From positions 44,257-108,256 of the forward strand of contig JABJJW010000020.1 of assembly GCA_018660685.1 (NCBI GenBank): 64,000 bases of DNA, read 5' to 3'. The DNA is from Flavobacteriales bacterium (GTDB lineage Bacteria > Bacteroidota > Bacteroidia > Flavobacteriales_G > Salibacteraceae). Each line of letters starts with the position of its first letter. The first letter of the stretch is position 1. The position numbers were made by a program, and so were the translations under genes. The notes below the pieces were generated by a model. The model was not told where the DNA came from. It was given only the letters and a program-made list of their open reading frames with translations, and ran no database searches. This document shows, piece after piece, positions 1 through 9,132 of the stretch.

Positions 1-2
1 AC

Positions 3-101
3 ATTGAAAGGAATGTGAACGCGAAGATGGTGTGGTTTGATTCTGGGATACAAGTAGTTCGGCTTTTACACCAAGGTAAAAAAGCACTCGAGAGCGCTTG
101 A
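3..101 (+). CDS. 3' end (32 codons plus TGA) of an ORF entering from the left window edge; product not assignable from this fragment
   Basis: Frame 3 is open from nt 3 to TGA at 99-101 (IERNVNAKMVWFDSGIQVVRLLHQGKKALESA*), with no start in the window. holB sits upstream of the PSP1 gene in some bacteria, but that is only a synteny guess. Confidence 0.25.
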   Translation: MERNVNAKMVWFDSGIQVVRLLHQGKKALESA

Positions 102-114
102 TTGATAAGCACAA

Positions 115-122
115 TAGATTTG
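115..122 (+). promoter_or_regulatory. Bacteroidota-type -7 box TAGATTTG (consensus TAnnTTTG), 6 nt upstream of the PSP1 ATG
   Basis: Exact TAnnTTTG match read at 115-122. TTG triplets at 98-100 and 102-104 could be the -33 element. Confidence 0.35.
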
Positions 123-128
123 TAGACG

Positions 129-1289
129 ATGTCATGTAACACTTGCGGAACCAAAGGAGGATGTTCCTCCACACACCCAGGTTGTAAGAGCAACGGCTCT
201 TGTGGCACATCCGGCTGTGATAAGCTAGAAGTGTTTGATTGGCTCGCAGGCATGAATTCAACTCACGAGCCCAATACATCCCTTGAGGTTCGGTTTAAGA
301 ACACTCGAAAGGAGTTCTTTTTTAATGAAAAGGGTTTACCGCTTCAAAAAGGGGACGTAATCTCTGTTGAGTCAAACACGGGGTTTGATGTGGGTGTAGT
401 TAGCATTGCTGGCGAGCTCGTTAAAATTCAGATGAAGAAAAAAGGAGTGACTTCAGAGGGCCTGAAAAAGGTTTATCGAAAAGCTACCCAAGAAGACATT
501 GACATGTGGTCAGGAGCGCAAGCCATGGAAAATGAAGCCATGGTCAAAACACGCAGAATTGTGAGTGATCTTGGTTTGAAGATGAAGATTTCTGATGTGA
601 AATTTCAAGCGGATAAGAACCGCGCCACCTTTTTCTACATCGCAGAAGAACGTGTTGACTTCAGGGAGCTTATAAAAGTTCTCGCCGACACATTCAAGGT
701 CCGCGTTGAAATGAAGCAGATTGGATCTCGACAAGAAGCAGGATTGGTGGGAGGAATTGGATCGTGTGGGCGTGAACTATGCTGTAGTTCTTGGCTCACA
801 GACTTCAGATCTGTCAGCACCTCGGCCGCGAGATACCAGCAATTAAGCATCAACCCTATGAAATTGGCAGGCCAATGCGGAAAACTCAAGTGTTGTTTGA
901 ATTATGAGCTTGATGCCTATATGGATGCGTTGAAGGAATTTCCGAGCGCCAAGGCAAGATTGAAAACTAAACGGGGAACGGCATTCCATCAAAAAAGTGA
1001 CATATTCCGGGGAATGATGTGGTATTCTTACGAAGACTCGCCGAGTGAATTCATCCCAATGAAGGTAGACCGTGTTCGAGAGGTTCTACGATTAAACGAA
1101 GACGGAAAGCCGGTCGATGATTTGAAAGAGTACAGCTATGTTACGCCTGAAACGTCAGATCGCGATTTTGAAAACGTAATTGGTCAAGACGATGTTGCTC
1201 GATTTGACAGTCAATCGAATCAATTCAATAAAAAAAGAGCCAAAAGCAAGGGACGTAAGAAGAATCCAAACAAGCCTAAGTCGAAATGA
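129..1289 (+). CDS. PSP1 domain protein (RicT/YaaT-like)
   Basis: 386-aa ORF with PSP1 C-terminal-domain blocks GSCGRELCCSSWL and GQCGKLKCCLNYE. Six Cys lie in the first 30 residues. ATGA overlap with the next ORF. Confidence 0.85.
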   Translation: MSCNTCGTKGGCSSTHPGCKSNGSCGTSGCDKLEVFDWLAGMNSTHEPNTSLEVRFKNTRKEFFFNEKGLPLQKGDVISVESNTGFDVGVVSIAGELVKIQMKKKGVTSEGLKKVYRKATQEDIDMWSGAQAMENEAMVKTRRIVSDLGLKMKISDVKFQADKNRATFFYIAEERVDFRELIKVLADTFKVRVEMKQIGSRQEAGLVGGIGSCGRELCCSSWLTDFRSVSTSAARYQQLSINPMKLAGQCGKLKCCLNYELDAYMDALKEFPSAKARLKTKRGTAFHQKSDIFRGMMWYSYEDSPSEFIPMKVDRVREVLRLNEDGKPVDDLKEYSYVTPETSDRDFENVIGQDDVARFDSQSNQFNKKRAKSKGRKKNPNKPKSK

Positions 1290-1747
1290 AGAACCTTCCC
1301 TATATCATGTTATTGACCGCTCTGGTTTCTTGCGGGCCTCAAACGCTGCTTACAGAGACTGCTCAAATCGAAAAAGGACTTTGGTTGTTCGATGATGGGA
1401 GAACTGTCACTTGCGAGGTGACAGATACGCTCACACCATACAATTTCCATGTTCTTCTTCGGCATGGCGCGAACTACAAGTATCAAAACTTGATACTGTA
1501 CTTCAAGCAATACTATCCGAATAACACCTACACGGTTGACACGATCAATTGTCCGCTTGCGGATAATTCGGGAATATGGTATGGCTCTGGGATTGGCGAC
1601 CTTCTTGATAACCGGATCATGTTTAAAAGAAATGTCCAATTTCCGATGACTGGGACGTACAATTTCGAACTTCAGCACGCCATGAGATCCGATACAGTTG
1701 AGGAAATTTATGACATCGGAATACTCATCGAGGGCGCAAGCAACTAA
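1286..1747 (+). CDS. gldH: Gliding motility lipoprotein GldH
   Basis: 153 aa with a lipoprotein signal (LTALVSC). Family-typical blocks YNFHVLLRHGANYKYQNLILYF and GTYNFELQHAMR. 4-nt overlap with the PSP1 gene. Confidence 0.75.
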   Translation: MKNLPYIMLLTALVSCGPQTLLTETAQIEKGLWLFDDGRTVTCEVTDTLTPYNFHVLLRHGANYKYQNLILYFKQYYPNNTYTVDTINCPLADNSGIWYGSGIGDLLDNRIMFKRNVQFPMTGTYNFELQHAMRSDTVEEIYDIGILIEGASN

Positions 1748-1762
1748 CTTGCAATCAGTGAA

Positions 1763-4168
1763 ATGAAAAAGCATATTGTCATTTTCTGGGTAATCATAGC
1801 AAGTGGGCTACTTTCCTTCTTTGCAATCTTCTTTCTTGCGGAAAAAGGGTTTTTGGGAAAAATACCGACGGTCGAGGATTTGCAAAATCCTAAAAGCGAC
1901 TTAGCGAGCGAAGTCTACAGTTCTGATGGTAAGGTGCTTGGTAAGTACTTCTACCAAAACCGAACGAACGCTCGTTATCAAGACCTTTCACCCCACCTTA
2001 TCAATGCATTGATTGCGACGGAAGATGAGCGATTTAGAAGTCATCCAGGAATTGATGTTAAAGGCACGCTCCGTGCGTTGATTTACCTTGGAAGTAAAGG
2101 CGGAGCGAGCACGCTCACCCAACAGCTGGCCAAAATGCTTTTTACTGAAAAGAGAAGTTCTAGCATTATTTGGCGGATACCTCAAAAGATTCAAGAATGG
2201 ATCATCTCAGCCAAGCTTGAGCGCTACTACACCAAGGATGAAATACTGACCATGTATCTCAATCGATTTGACTTTGTCAATAATGCCGTTGGAATTAAGT
2301 CAGCCGCCGCCGTCTATTTCAGCTCAACACCCGATTCTTTGAAAATTCATCAAGCAGCGATGCTGGTTGGGATGGCAAAGAACCCATCGTTGTTCAACCC
2401 GATTCGACGGCCAGACACGACGACGCGCCGCAGAAATGTCGTGCTCAGTCAAATGGTGCGGAACAACTATATTACTTCAGAGGAATATGATTCATTAAGC
2501 CAATTGCCGCTGAGTCTAAATTTCAATCGAGTTGATCACAGCGAGGGAATCGCGCCATATTTCAGAGAGATTCTAAGAGGAAAGTTGAAGGAATTGCTCA
2601 GCGAAAAAGTTGAGGGAACTGATGAGTTCATTATCGCTAAAGACAATGGCGAACCGTATAACATTTACCGAGACGGACTTCGAGTGTTTACCACCGTAAA
2701 TAGTCGAATGCAACAGTACGGAGAGTGGGCCGTGCGTCAATATCTGAGTGAATATTTACAGCCCCTCTTCTCAAAAGAACTCAAGTCGAGATCGAGATTT
2801 CCATTTGCCAGTCTCACGGAAACCGAGGTGAGCCAAGTGATGAGCACGGCGCGACGACGAACAATGAGGCATCGAATCCTAACCGGTAAGGAATGCCACA
2901 ACTGCCACCGAAGAGGCAAGTTCGTAGAAGAGCAGGAAATTGATGACAAAAAATACTGGGTATGTACCGCTGAAGATTGTGGTGAGCGCATCCGCCTGGT
3001 GCATCAAGATTCAATTGGAGCAGTCTTCGATAGGCCGGTTGATATGAAGGTGTTCTCATGGGAAGGAGAAATTGACACGGTCATGTCGCCCAACGATTCG
3101 ATCAGGTATTACAAAAGCATTCTTCAATCTGGAATGATGAGCCTAGATCCACATACCGGACACATCAAGGCGTGGGTTGGGGGAATTGATCACCATCACT
3201 TCGCGTATGATCATGTCCAGATGGCAAAAAGACAAGTTGGATCGACGTTTAAACCATTTGTTTATGCTCTGGCGCTTGAGTCAGGATTACCGGCTTGCCA
3301 CAAGGTGGTGAACATTCCCACGACCTTTAAAAAGGGCGAATTTGGTCTGTTACAGGATTGGACTCCTCAAAACGAAGGAGATGATTATGGATATGAAGTT
3401 TCATTGAAGTATGGGTTGGCAAACTCGATGAATACAATCACGGCATGGGTGATGAAGAAGTTCACACCTCAGGCGGCTGTTGAGTATGCCCGCCGTTGTG
3501 GAATTAAGTCATTTATCGATCCGGTTCCGGCTTTAGCTCTTGGCGTGGCAGACTTAAATTTGCACGAAATGGTCAGCGCGTACAGCACTTTTGCGAATAA
3601 GGGAATGCGAATGGAGCCTGTTTATCTCTTGCGCATCGAGGACAACGCGGGCGCTATTCTTTATGAAGCCGAACAAGAGATTGTTGAGGTCATGAGCGAG
3701 GAGCAGGCATTTAGATTGGTTGATATATTGAAAGGAGTTACCCAGGGTGTTCGAGGAGGTCAAATCGACCCCGAAGTAGGTAGACAAAGAATTACAGGAA
3801 CAGGAATGAGGATGCGCTATGATAATCCAAATCGAGGATATGATGGCATTCCATGGGATGTAGAAATCGCCGGAAAAACGGGCACTACGCAAGGAAATTC
3901 AGATGGTTGGTTTATGGGTGTTGTGCCAGATTTGGTGACCGGGGTCTGGGTAGGTGCTGAAGACCGAAGTGTTCGATTTATTAGAACCACCCATGGACAA
4001 GGGGCAAACACGGCACTTCCTATTTGGTGTTACTATATGAAGAAAGTTTGGGAAGATGAGTCGCTCAAGATTGAGCAGAGGGACTTTGACGTGCCTGAAA
4101 GACTCAAAAATTATAACTTCGACTGCGAGCAAAACGGAGATTCAGATCTCGAAACAATGTTCGATTAG
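1763..4168 (+). CDS. mrcA: Bifunctional penicillin-binding protein 1A (glycosyltransferase GT51 plus transpeptidase)
   Basis: 801 aa with an N-terminal TM. GT51 motifs EDERFRSHPGID and GASTLTQQLAK. Transpeptidase motifs STFK, SMN and KTGTT. Confidence 0.93.
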   Translation: MKKHIVIFWVIIASGLLSFFAIFFLAEKGFLGKIPTVEDLQNPKSDLASEVYSSDGKVLGKYFYQNRTNARYQDLSPHLINALIATEDERFRSHPGIDVKGTLRALIYLGSKGGASTLTQQLAKMLFTEKRSSSIIWRIPQKIQEWIISAKLERYYTKDEILTMYLNRFDFVNNAVGIKSAAAVYFSSTPDSLKIHQAAMLVGMAKNPSLFNPIRRPDTTTRRRNVVLSQMVRNNYITSEEYDSLSQLPLSLNFNRVDHSEGIAPYFREILRGKLKELLSEKVEGTDEFIIAKDNGEPYNIYRDGLRVFTTVNSRMQQYGEWAVRQYLSEYLQPLFSKELKSRSRFPFASLTETEVSQVMSTARRRTMRHRILTGKECHNCHRRGKFVEEQEIDDKKYWVCTAEDCGERIRLVHQDSIGAVFDRPVDMKVFSWEGEIDTVMSPNDSIRYYKSILQSGMMSLDPHTGHIKAWVGGIDHHHFAYDHVQMAKRQVGSTFKPFVYALALESGLPACHKVVNIPTTFKKGEFGLLQDWTPQNEGDDYGYEVSLKYGLANSMNTITAWVMKKFTPQAAVEYARRCGIKSFIDPVPALALGVADLNLHEMVSAYSTFANKGMRMEPVYLLRIEDNAGAILYEAEQEIVEVMSEEQAFRLVDILKGVTQGVRGGQIDPEVGRQRITGTGMRMRYDNPNRGYDGIPWDVEIAGKTGTTQGNSDGWFMGVVPDLVTGVWVGAEDRSVRFIRTTHGQGANTALPIWCYYMKKVWEDESLKIEQRDFDVPERLKNYNFDCEQNGDSDLETMFD

Positions 4169-4171
4169 CAC

Positions 4172-4876
4172 ATGGCACTAAATAAAGTGGTCAATGGTCC
4201 AGAGCAGGCCATTGAGGGAATAGAGAACGACATGCATATCATGTTTGGAGGTTTTGGCCTCTGCGGAATCCCGGAAAACTCAATAGCAGCAATACGCGAT
4301 CATGGCGTCAAAGGACTTACATGCATTTCCAACAATGCAGGTGTGGATGGATTTGGCCTAGGACTATTGCTAGAAACTCGACAGGTAAAAAAAATGATCT
4401 CATCCTATGTTGGTGAGAACGACGAATTTGAAAGGCAGATGCTGAGTGGCGAGCTTGAGGTTGACCTCATTCCCCAGGGAACCCTCGCAGAACGATGCCG
4501 AGCTGCCGGAGCAGGGATACCGGCATTTTTTACGCCAGCTGGATACGGAACAGAAGTCGCTGAAGGGAAAGAGGTTAGAGAGTTCAATGGCAAGCCACAC
4601 ATTTTGGAGCACGCGTTTGGTGCTTCATTTGCTTTTGTAAAAGCACAAGTTGGGGACACTGCCGGCAATCTAGTTTTCAATGCTACCGCCAGAAACTTTA
4701 ATCATGCGATGGCGATGGCTGGCAGAATAACTGTTGCTGAAGTTGAAGAGCTTGTTCCGGTAGGCGAGCTTGATCCAAATTCAATTCACACCCCTGGCAT
4801 CTTCGTTCAAAGGATATACAAAGGAGAAGTTTTCGAGAAAAGAATCGAACAACGAACCGTAAGAAAAAGAGATTAG
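4172..4876 (+). CDS. scoA: 3-oxoacid CoA-transferase, subunit A
   Basis: 234 aa with [11 protein letters not shown] and [24 protein letters not shown] blocks typical of CoA-transferase family I alpha subunits. Confidence 0.85.
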   Translation: MALNKVVNGPEQAIEGIENDMHIMFGGFGLCGIPENSIAAIRDHGVKGLTCISNNAGVDGFGLGLLLETRQVKKMISSYVGENDEFERQMLSGELEVDLIPQGTLAERCRAAGAGIPAFFTPAGYGTEVAEGKEVREFNGKPHILEHAFGASFAFVKAQVGDTAGNLVFNATARNFNHAMAMAGRITVAEVEELVPVGELDPNSIHTPGIFVQRIYKGEVFEKRIEQRTVRKRD

Positions 4877-4877
4877 G

Positions 4878-5534
4878 ATGGCACTAGATAAAAATGGCAT
4901 CGCTCAGCGAATAGCTCAAGAACTCCAGGACGGCTTTTATGTCAACCTTGGAATCGGGATCCCGACCCTCGTGGCCAACTTTATCCCACAGGGAATTGAA
5001 GTAGAGTTCCAGTCGGAAAATGGTATGCTTGGAATGGGCTCGTTTCCTATGGAAGGTGAAGAAGATGCAAACTTGATCAATGCGGGTAAACAAACAATTA
5101 CCGCACTTCCAGGAGCAGTATTCTTTGATTCATCAACCAGCTTCGCTATGATTCGAGGGCAACATGTTGATTTGACAGTTCTCGGAGCTATGGAGGTGAG
5201 TGATCAAGGAGATATTGCCAATTGGAAGATTCCCGGAAGGATGGTTAAAGGAATGGGCGGCGCAATGGATCTAGTGGCCTCGGCCAAGAACATCATAGTT
5301 GCCATGATGCACACTAACAAAGCAGGGGAATCGAAGCTTTTAAGCAAATGTTCTCTACCTCTAACTGGTGTAGCATGCGTCACGAGGGTAGTTACCAATT
5401 TAGCAGTGTTAGATATAACGCCGCAAGGGTTTAAACTGCTTGAGCGAGCGCCCGGAGTTTCTGTGGAGGACATTCAAGCTGCAACGGAAGGACGATTGAT
5501 CATTGATGGCGATGTGCCAGAAATGACTTTATAA
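4878..5534 (+). CDS. scoB: 3-oxoacid CoA-transferase, subunit B
   Basis: 218 aa with the SENGMLGMG catalytic-Glu block and GMGGAMDLV. Starts 1 nt after the subunit A stop. Confidence 0.85.
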   Translation: MALDKNGIAQRIAQELQDGFYVNLGIGIPTLVANFIPQGIEVEFQSENGMLGMGSFPMEGEEDANLINAGKQTITALPGAVFFDSSTSFAMIRGQHVDLTVLGAMEVSDQGDIANWKIPGRMVKGMGGAMDLVASAKNIIVAMMHTNKAGESKLLSKCSLPLTGVACVTRVVTNLAVLDITPQGFKLLERAPGVSVEDIQAATEGRLIIDGDVPEMTL

Positions 5535-5540
5535 ATTAGC

Positions 5541-6539
5541 ATGATTCTCATCACCGGGGCAACGGGTATTGTCGGGTCGCACATCGCAGTGCAACTCTTA
5601 CAAGCATCGAATGATGTTCGACTTCTCGTTAGGCCATCGTCAAACAAGACAGCAATCATTCAGCTGCTCCGTTACCATAGTTTAGAAGACACTTTTAATT
5701 ACGTCGAAGGAGACATAAACGACCCATTAAGTCTTGAAAACGCTATGGATGGAGTAGATATAGTTTATCACTGCGCCGCGGCAGTGCACTTCGGCTCAGG
5801 CAGGCGGGACGAACTCTTTCTTGTGAACGTGATGGGAACAAGGCGTGTCGCCGACATGTGCTTGCGACGTCAGGTTAAGTTGTGTTACATCAGCTCCACC
5901 GCGGCAATAGGCAGTGAGACATTTGACGGTGTTATCAAGGAGGAAAGTAAGTGGGAAGAAGATGCCGATAGATCGGATTATTCTCTTTCAAAAAGAGAAG
6001 CTGAAATGGAAGTTTTTCGAGCAGTTGAAGAGGGATTAGATGCGGTTATCGTTAACCCGTGCGTGATTATTGGACCGGGAAACTGGGGAATGAGCAGCAC
6101 ATCCGTCATCCTTGCGGCGACCAAAGGCCTTTTGTTCTATCCAAGTGGATCCAATGCGTTCGTCGACGCCCGCGATGTAGCAGACATAGCAGTCTCTCTG
6201 GCCAACTCACCTCATGATGTGATTGGAAGGCATCTGTTGATTGGGGAGAACATGAGCTTCAAGCGCTTTTTTGACATTGCTTGTGAGTTGGCAAATAGTC
6301 GAAAACCAAGTGTGGCAGCCCCTACAGGGCTCATTCTCACGTTGGCTACAATTATCAAGCTATTTGAGCGAATCGGTTTTTGGCCTTTTAAACTGAGTTC
6401 CTCTAGCCTTGAATCTGCATGTCGTAAAACGGTGTTTTCAAACGACAAGATTAAGGGTTTGGGGATGGAATTTAGACCACTAGAAGATAGTGTGCAGTAT
6501 GCGCTGAGCGTCTACCAAATGAAAGAAAATAGAGCCTAG
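5541..6539 (+). CDS. NAD-dependent epimerase/dehydratase family (extended SDR) protein
   Basis: 332 aa with N-terminal Rossmann motif ILITGATGIVGSH and a YSLSK (YxxxK) catalytic block. Confidence 0.75.
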   Translation: MILITGATGIVGSHIAVQLLQASNDVRLLVRPSSNKTAIIQLLRYHSLEDTFNYVEGDINDPLSLENAMDGVDIVYHCAAAVHFGSGRRDELFLVNVMGTRRVADMCLRRQVKLCYISSTAAIGSETFDGVIKEESKWEEDADRSDYSLSKREAEMEVFRAVEEGLDAVIVNPCVIIGPGNWGMSSTSVILAATKGLLFYPSGSNAFVDARDVADIAVSLANSPHDVIGRHLLIGENMSFKRFFDIACELANSRKPSVAAPTGLILTLATIIKLFERIGFWPFKLSSSSLESACRKTVFSNDKIKGLGMEFRPLEDSVQYALSVYQMKENRA

Positions 6540-6967
6540 AGGGTTTTCTTTTTTCGGACTCTCGCCCCATCCTCGAGCTGCTCGTCAAGGCTTGGCTCTT
6601 CTTCTTCAACAGCAGATGAACCTTTTATATCAGCCAATTTCGTGCTCAGTATTTCCATGGAGAGATCATAGACCTGAATCATTTCTTCATTGTCTGCGCT
6701 CCAATAATCTAAACTTTTGTCAAAACGTACTCTGGAAATACCACACGTATCGAAATAATCAAAATAGGCCTTTTTGACGTGGGCTTGAATACCAAGTTTC
6801 CTGACTTCTCGATGACGAGTTGCCGCATCTAGCAAATGCACATCAGCCATATACATTGCCATGCTGTCTATTGGAAGTACGCCATTGGGCTTCTCCCTTA
6901 CGACCTCGTTTCCCGATCCGCAAGACGCTAAGACAATCAAGGTGCTGATCAATGAGAACCACTTCAT
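6536..6967 (-). CDS. DUF4296-like lipoprotein
   Basis: 143 aa with lipobox LASCG. 4-nt overlap with the pyrC-type gene upstream. This small-lipoprotein/dihydroorotase pairing is typical of Flavobacteriia as I recall it. Confidence 0.55.
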   Translation of the reverse strand: MKWFSLISTLIVLASCGSGNEVVREKPNGVLPIDSMAMYMADVHLLDAATRHREVRKLGIQAHVKKAYFDYFDTCGISRVRFDKSLDYWSADNEEMIQVYDLSMEILSTKLADIKGSSAVEEEEPSLDEQLEDGARVRKKKTL

Positions 6968-8310
6968 CGACTGAAAGAAATAGCGGAGCCTCGACAGCTG
7001 TCATTTACTTCTCCGTTTGAATACGCGATTTCACCATTTACGAAGGTCATGTAGATGCTTGAGTTGAATTGATGACCCTCAAATGGAGACCAACCGCATT
7101 TATACAAAAGAGTGGGCTTTTCAACGAGGGTTGGATTTGCTCGATCCACAATGGCCAAGTCAGCGAACATGCCCGGTTCAATGTAACCACGGTCTTTAAT
7201 CTGGTAGCAACGAGCTGGAGAATGACTCAATTTTTCGACCGCCCGCTCTATAGAGATTCGACCTTGATTCACAAAATCTAACATTGCCAATACGGAATGC
7301 TGAATCAGCGGTCCACCAGAAGGCGCGGTCCAGTAGTTACCTGATTTTTCTTCGTAGGAATGTGGAGCATGATCCGTTGCAACGACATCAATACGGTCAT
7401 CAAGTAAGGCCTCCCAAATGGTGTCTCTATCTTCTGCGCTTTTCACTGCGGGATTCCACTTAATGAAGGCGCCTTTTGCTGCATAGTCTGCATCCGAAAA
7501 CCATAGGTGATGGATACAAGCCTCAGACGTTATTCGCTTCTGTTCAAGCGGAACGTCGTTTCCAAACAAATTTGTTTCGATCCCCGTGCTAATGTGAAGA
7601 ATGTGAAGGCGGGTATCATGTTTTTTTGCCAATTCAACGGCCTTACTGGATGAGAGATAGCACGCCTCATGGCTCCGAATTATTGGATGCTGATCGAATG
7701 GGACGTTGTCACCATATCTATCCTTGAATATTTTAGAATTAGCCCGAATGGTTGCTTCGTCTTCGCAATGCGTGGCAATCAAAAGATTGGCGTTTTTGAA
7801 GATTTTGTCAAGCGCCTCAGTGTTATCAACAAGCATGTTGCCGGTCGAGGATCCCATGAAAATCTTAATTCCACATACGTTGTTGACGTCCGTGGCCATA
7901 ACCTCATCAAGATTATCATTTGTTGCCCCGATGTAGAATGAATAATTTGATGGTGATACCGCAGCTGCTCGATCAAACTTCTTTTGAAGCTCTTTCTGAG
8001 TGATTGTTTGGGGATTGGTGTTTGGCATTTCCATGAACGTCGTAACGCCTCCCGCAACCGCAGCCCTTGACTCGGTCGTAATTTCTCCCTTGTGTGTCAG
8101 GCCAGGTTCGCGAAAATGAACTTGGTCGTCGATAACACCGGGAAGAATCCATTTTCCCTTGAGATCTACGATCTCTACGTTTTCTGAAATATCTGCAGGG
8201 TATTCCCCTTCAAAAACGGCTGAAATTTTTCCGCGCTCAACTAAAACACTACCAACAAATGATCTTCCTCGATTCACGATGGTTGCGTGCGCTAGGAGCT
8301 TAGGGTTCAT
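6964..8310 (-). CDS. pyrC: Dihydroorotase (amidohydrolase superfamily)
   Basis: 448 aa with LPGVIDDQVHFREPG (metal-binding HxH-type block), VATDHAPH and a C-terminal barrel-adjacent domain. Confidence 0.88.
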   Translation of the reverse strand: MNPKLLAHATIVNRGRSFVGSVLVERGKISAVFEGEYPADISENVEIVDLKGKWILPGVIDDQVHFREPGLTHKGEITTESRAAVAGGVTTFMEMPNTNPQTITQKELQKKFDRAAAVSPSNYSFYIGATNDNLDEVMATDVNNVCGIKIFMGSSTGNMLVDNTEALDKIFKNANLLIATHCEDEATIRANSKIFKDRYGDNVPFDQHPIIRSHEACYLSSSKAVELAKKHDTRLHILHISTGIETNLFGNDVPLEQKRITSEACIHHLWFSDADYAAKGAFIKWNPAVKSAEDRDTIWEALLDDRIDVVATDHAPHSYEEKSGNYWTAPSGGPLIQHSVLAMLDFVNQGRISIERAVEKLSHSPARCYQIKDRGYIEPGMFADLAIVDRANPTLVEKPTLLYKCGWSPFEGHQFNSSIYMTFVNGEIAYSNGEVNDSCRGSAISFSR

Positions 8311-9017
8311 AGAGAGAAGCGCATTTGAACGACACCGATGAAGGCCTCTTTGAAAATGCCGGAACTCATTTTAGAAGAGCCCGCTATGCGGTCAGTAAAA
8401 GTGATTGGCACTTCTATTAACTGGTATTTTTTTCGCCAAGCTCTATACTTCATTTCGATTTGAAATGCATATCCAATGAACCTAACATCATCGAGAGCGA
8501 TGTTCTCGAGCACTGCTCGCTTGTAGCACTTAAAGCCTGCCGTCGTATCCTTTATGTTCATCCAAAGAACTAGGCGGACATAAACGGAAGCAAAATAGGA
8601 CATCAAGATTCTTCCCCAAGGCCAATTTTCGACGCGGCCGCCCCTCACGTATCGAGACCCAATGGCGACGTCTGCACCACCGTCTTTGGCAGCAATGTAC
8701 AATCGAACTAAATCATCTGGATTATGAGAAAAGTCGCAGTCCATTTCAAAAAAGAACTCGTAAGCTCGTTTTAATCCCCACTTGAATCCGTGGATATAGG
8801 CTGTCCCTAACCCCAGTTTTCCTTTGCGTTCTTCAATGAAAAGGCGGTCTGGATATTCAGTCATGAGGGATTTCACGATCGTAGCCGTGCCGTCTGGAGA
8901 CCCGTCATCGACAATTAATAAATCGAATTCAGCGGGAAGTGAGAACACTTTTCTGATCATGTTCTCAACGTTCTCCTTCTCGTTGTAAGTGGGTATAATA
9001 ACTAGTGCTTCTGCCAA
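8307..9017 (-). CDS. GT2 polyprenol-phosphate mannosyltransferase-like glycosyltransferase
   Basis: 236 aa with IIPTYNEKEN, VDDGSPDGT and EMDCDFSH blocks. The start codon as drawn is TTG. Confidence 0.8.
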   Translation of the reverse strand: MAEALVIIPTYNEKENVENMIRKVFSLPAEFDLLIVDDGSPDGTATIVKSLMTEYPDRLFIEERKGKLGLGTAYIHGFKWGLKRAYEFFFEMDCDFSHNPDDLVRLYIAAKDGGADVAIGSRYVRGGRVENWPWGRILMSYFASVYVRLVLWMNIKDTTAGFKCYKRAVLENIALDDVRFIGYAFQIEMKYRAWRKKYQLIEVPITFTDRIAGSSKMSSGIFKEAFIGVVQMRFSL

Positions 9018-9132
9018 GGCTTCTAGGATCGAACGAAGATAATCTGAAAAACAAGATGCGATGTTTATCCCTGGCCACTTCAGTATTTAAACTCTTTTTG
9101 GAATTAATATCCACCTGTGTGGGCTGCGGCAA

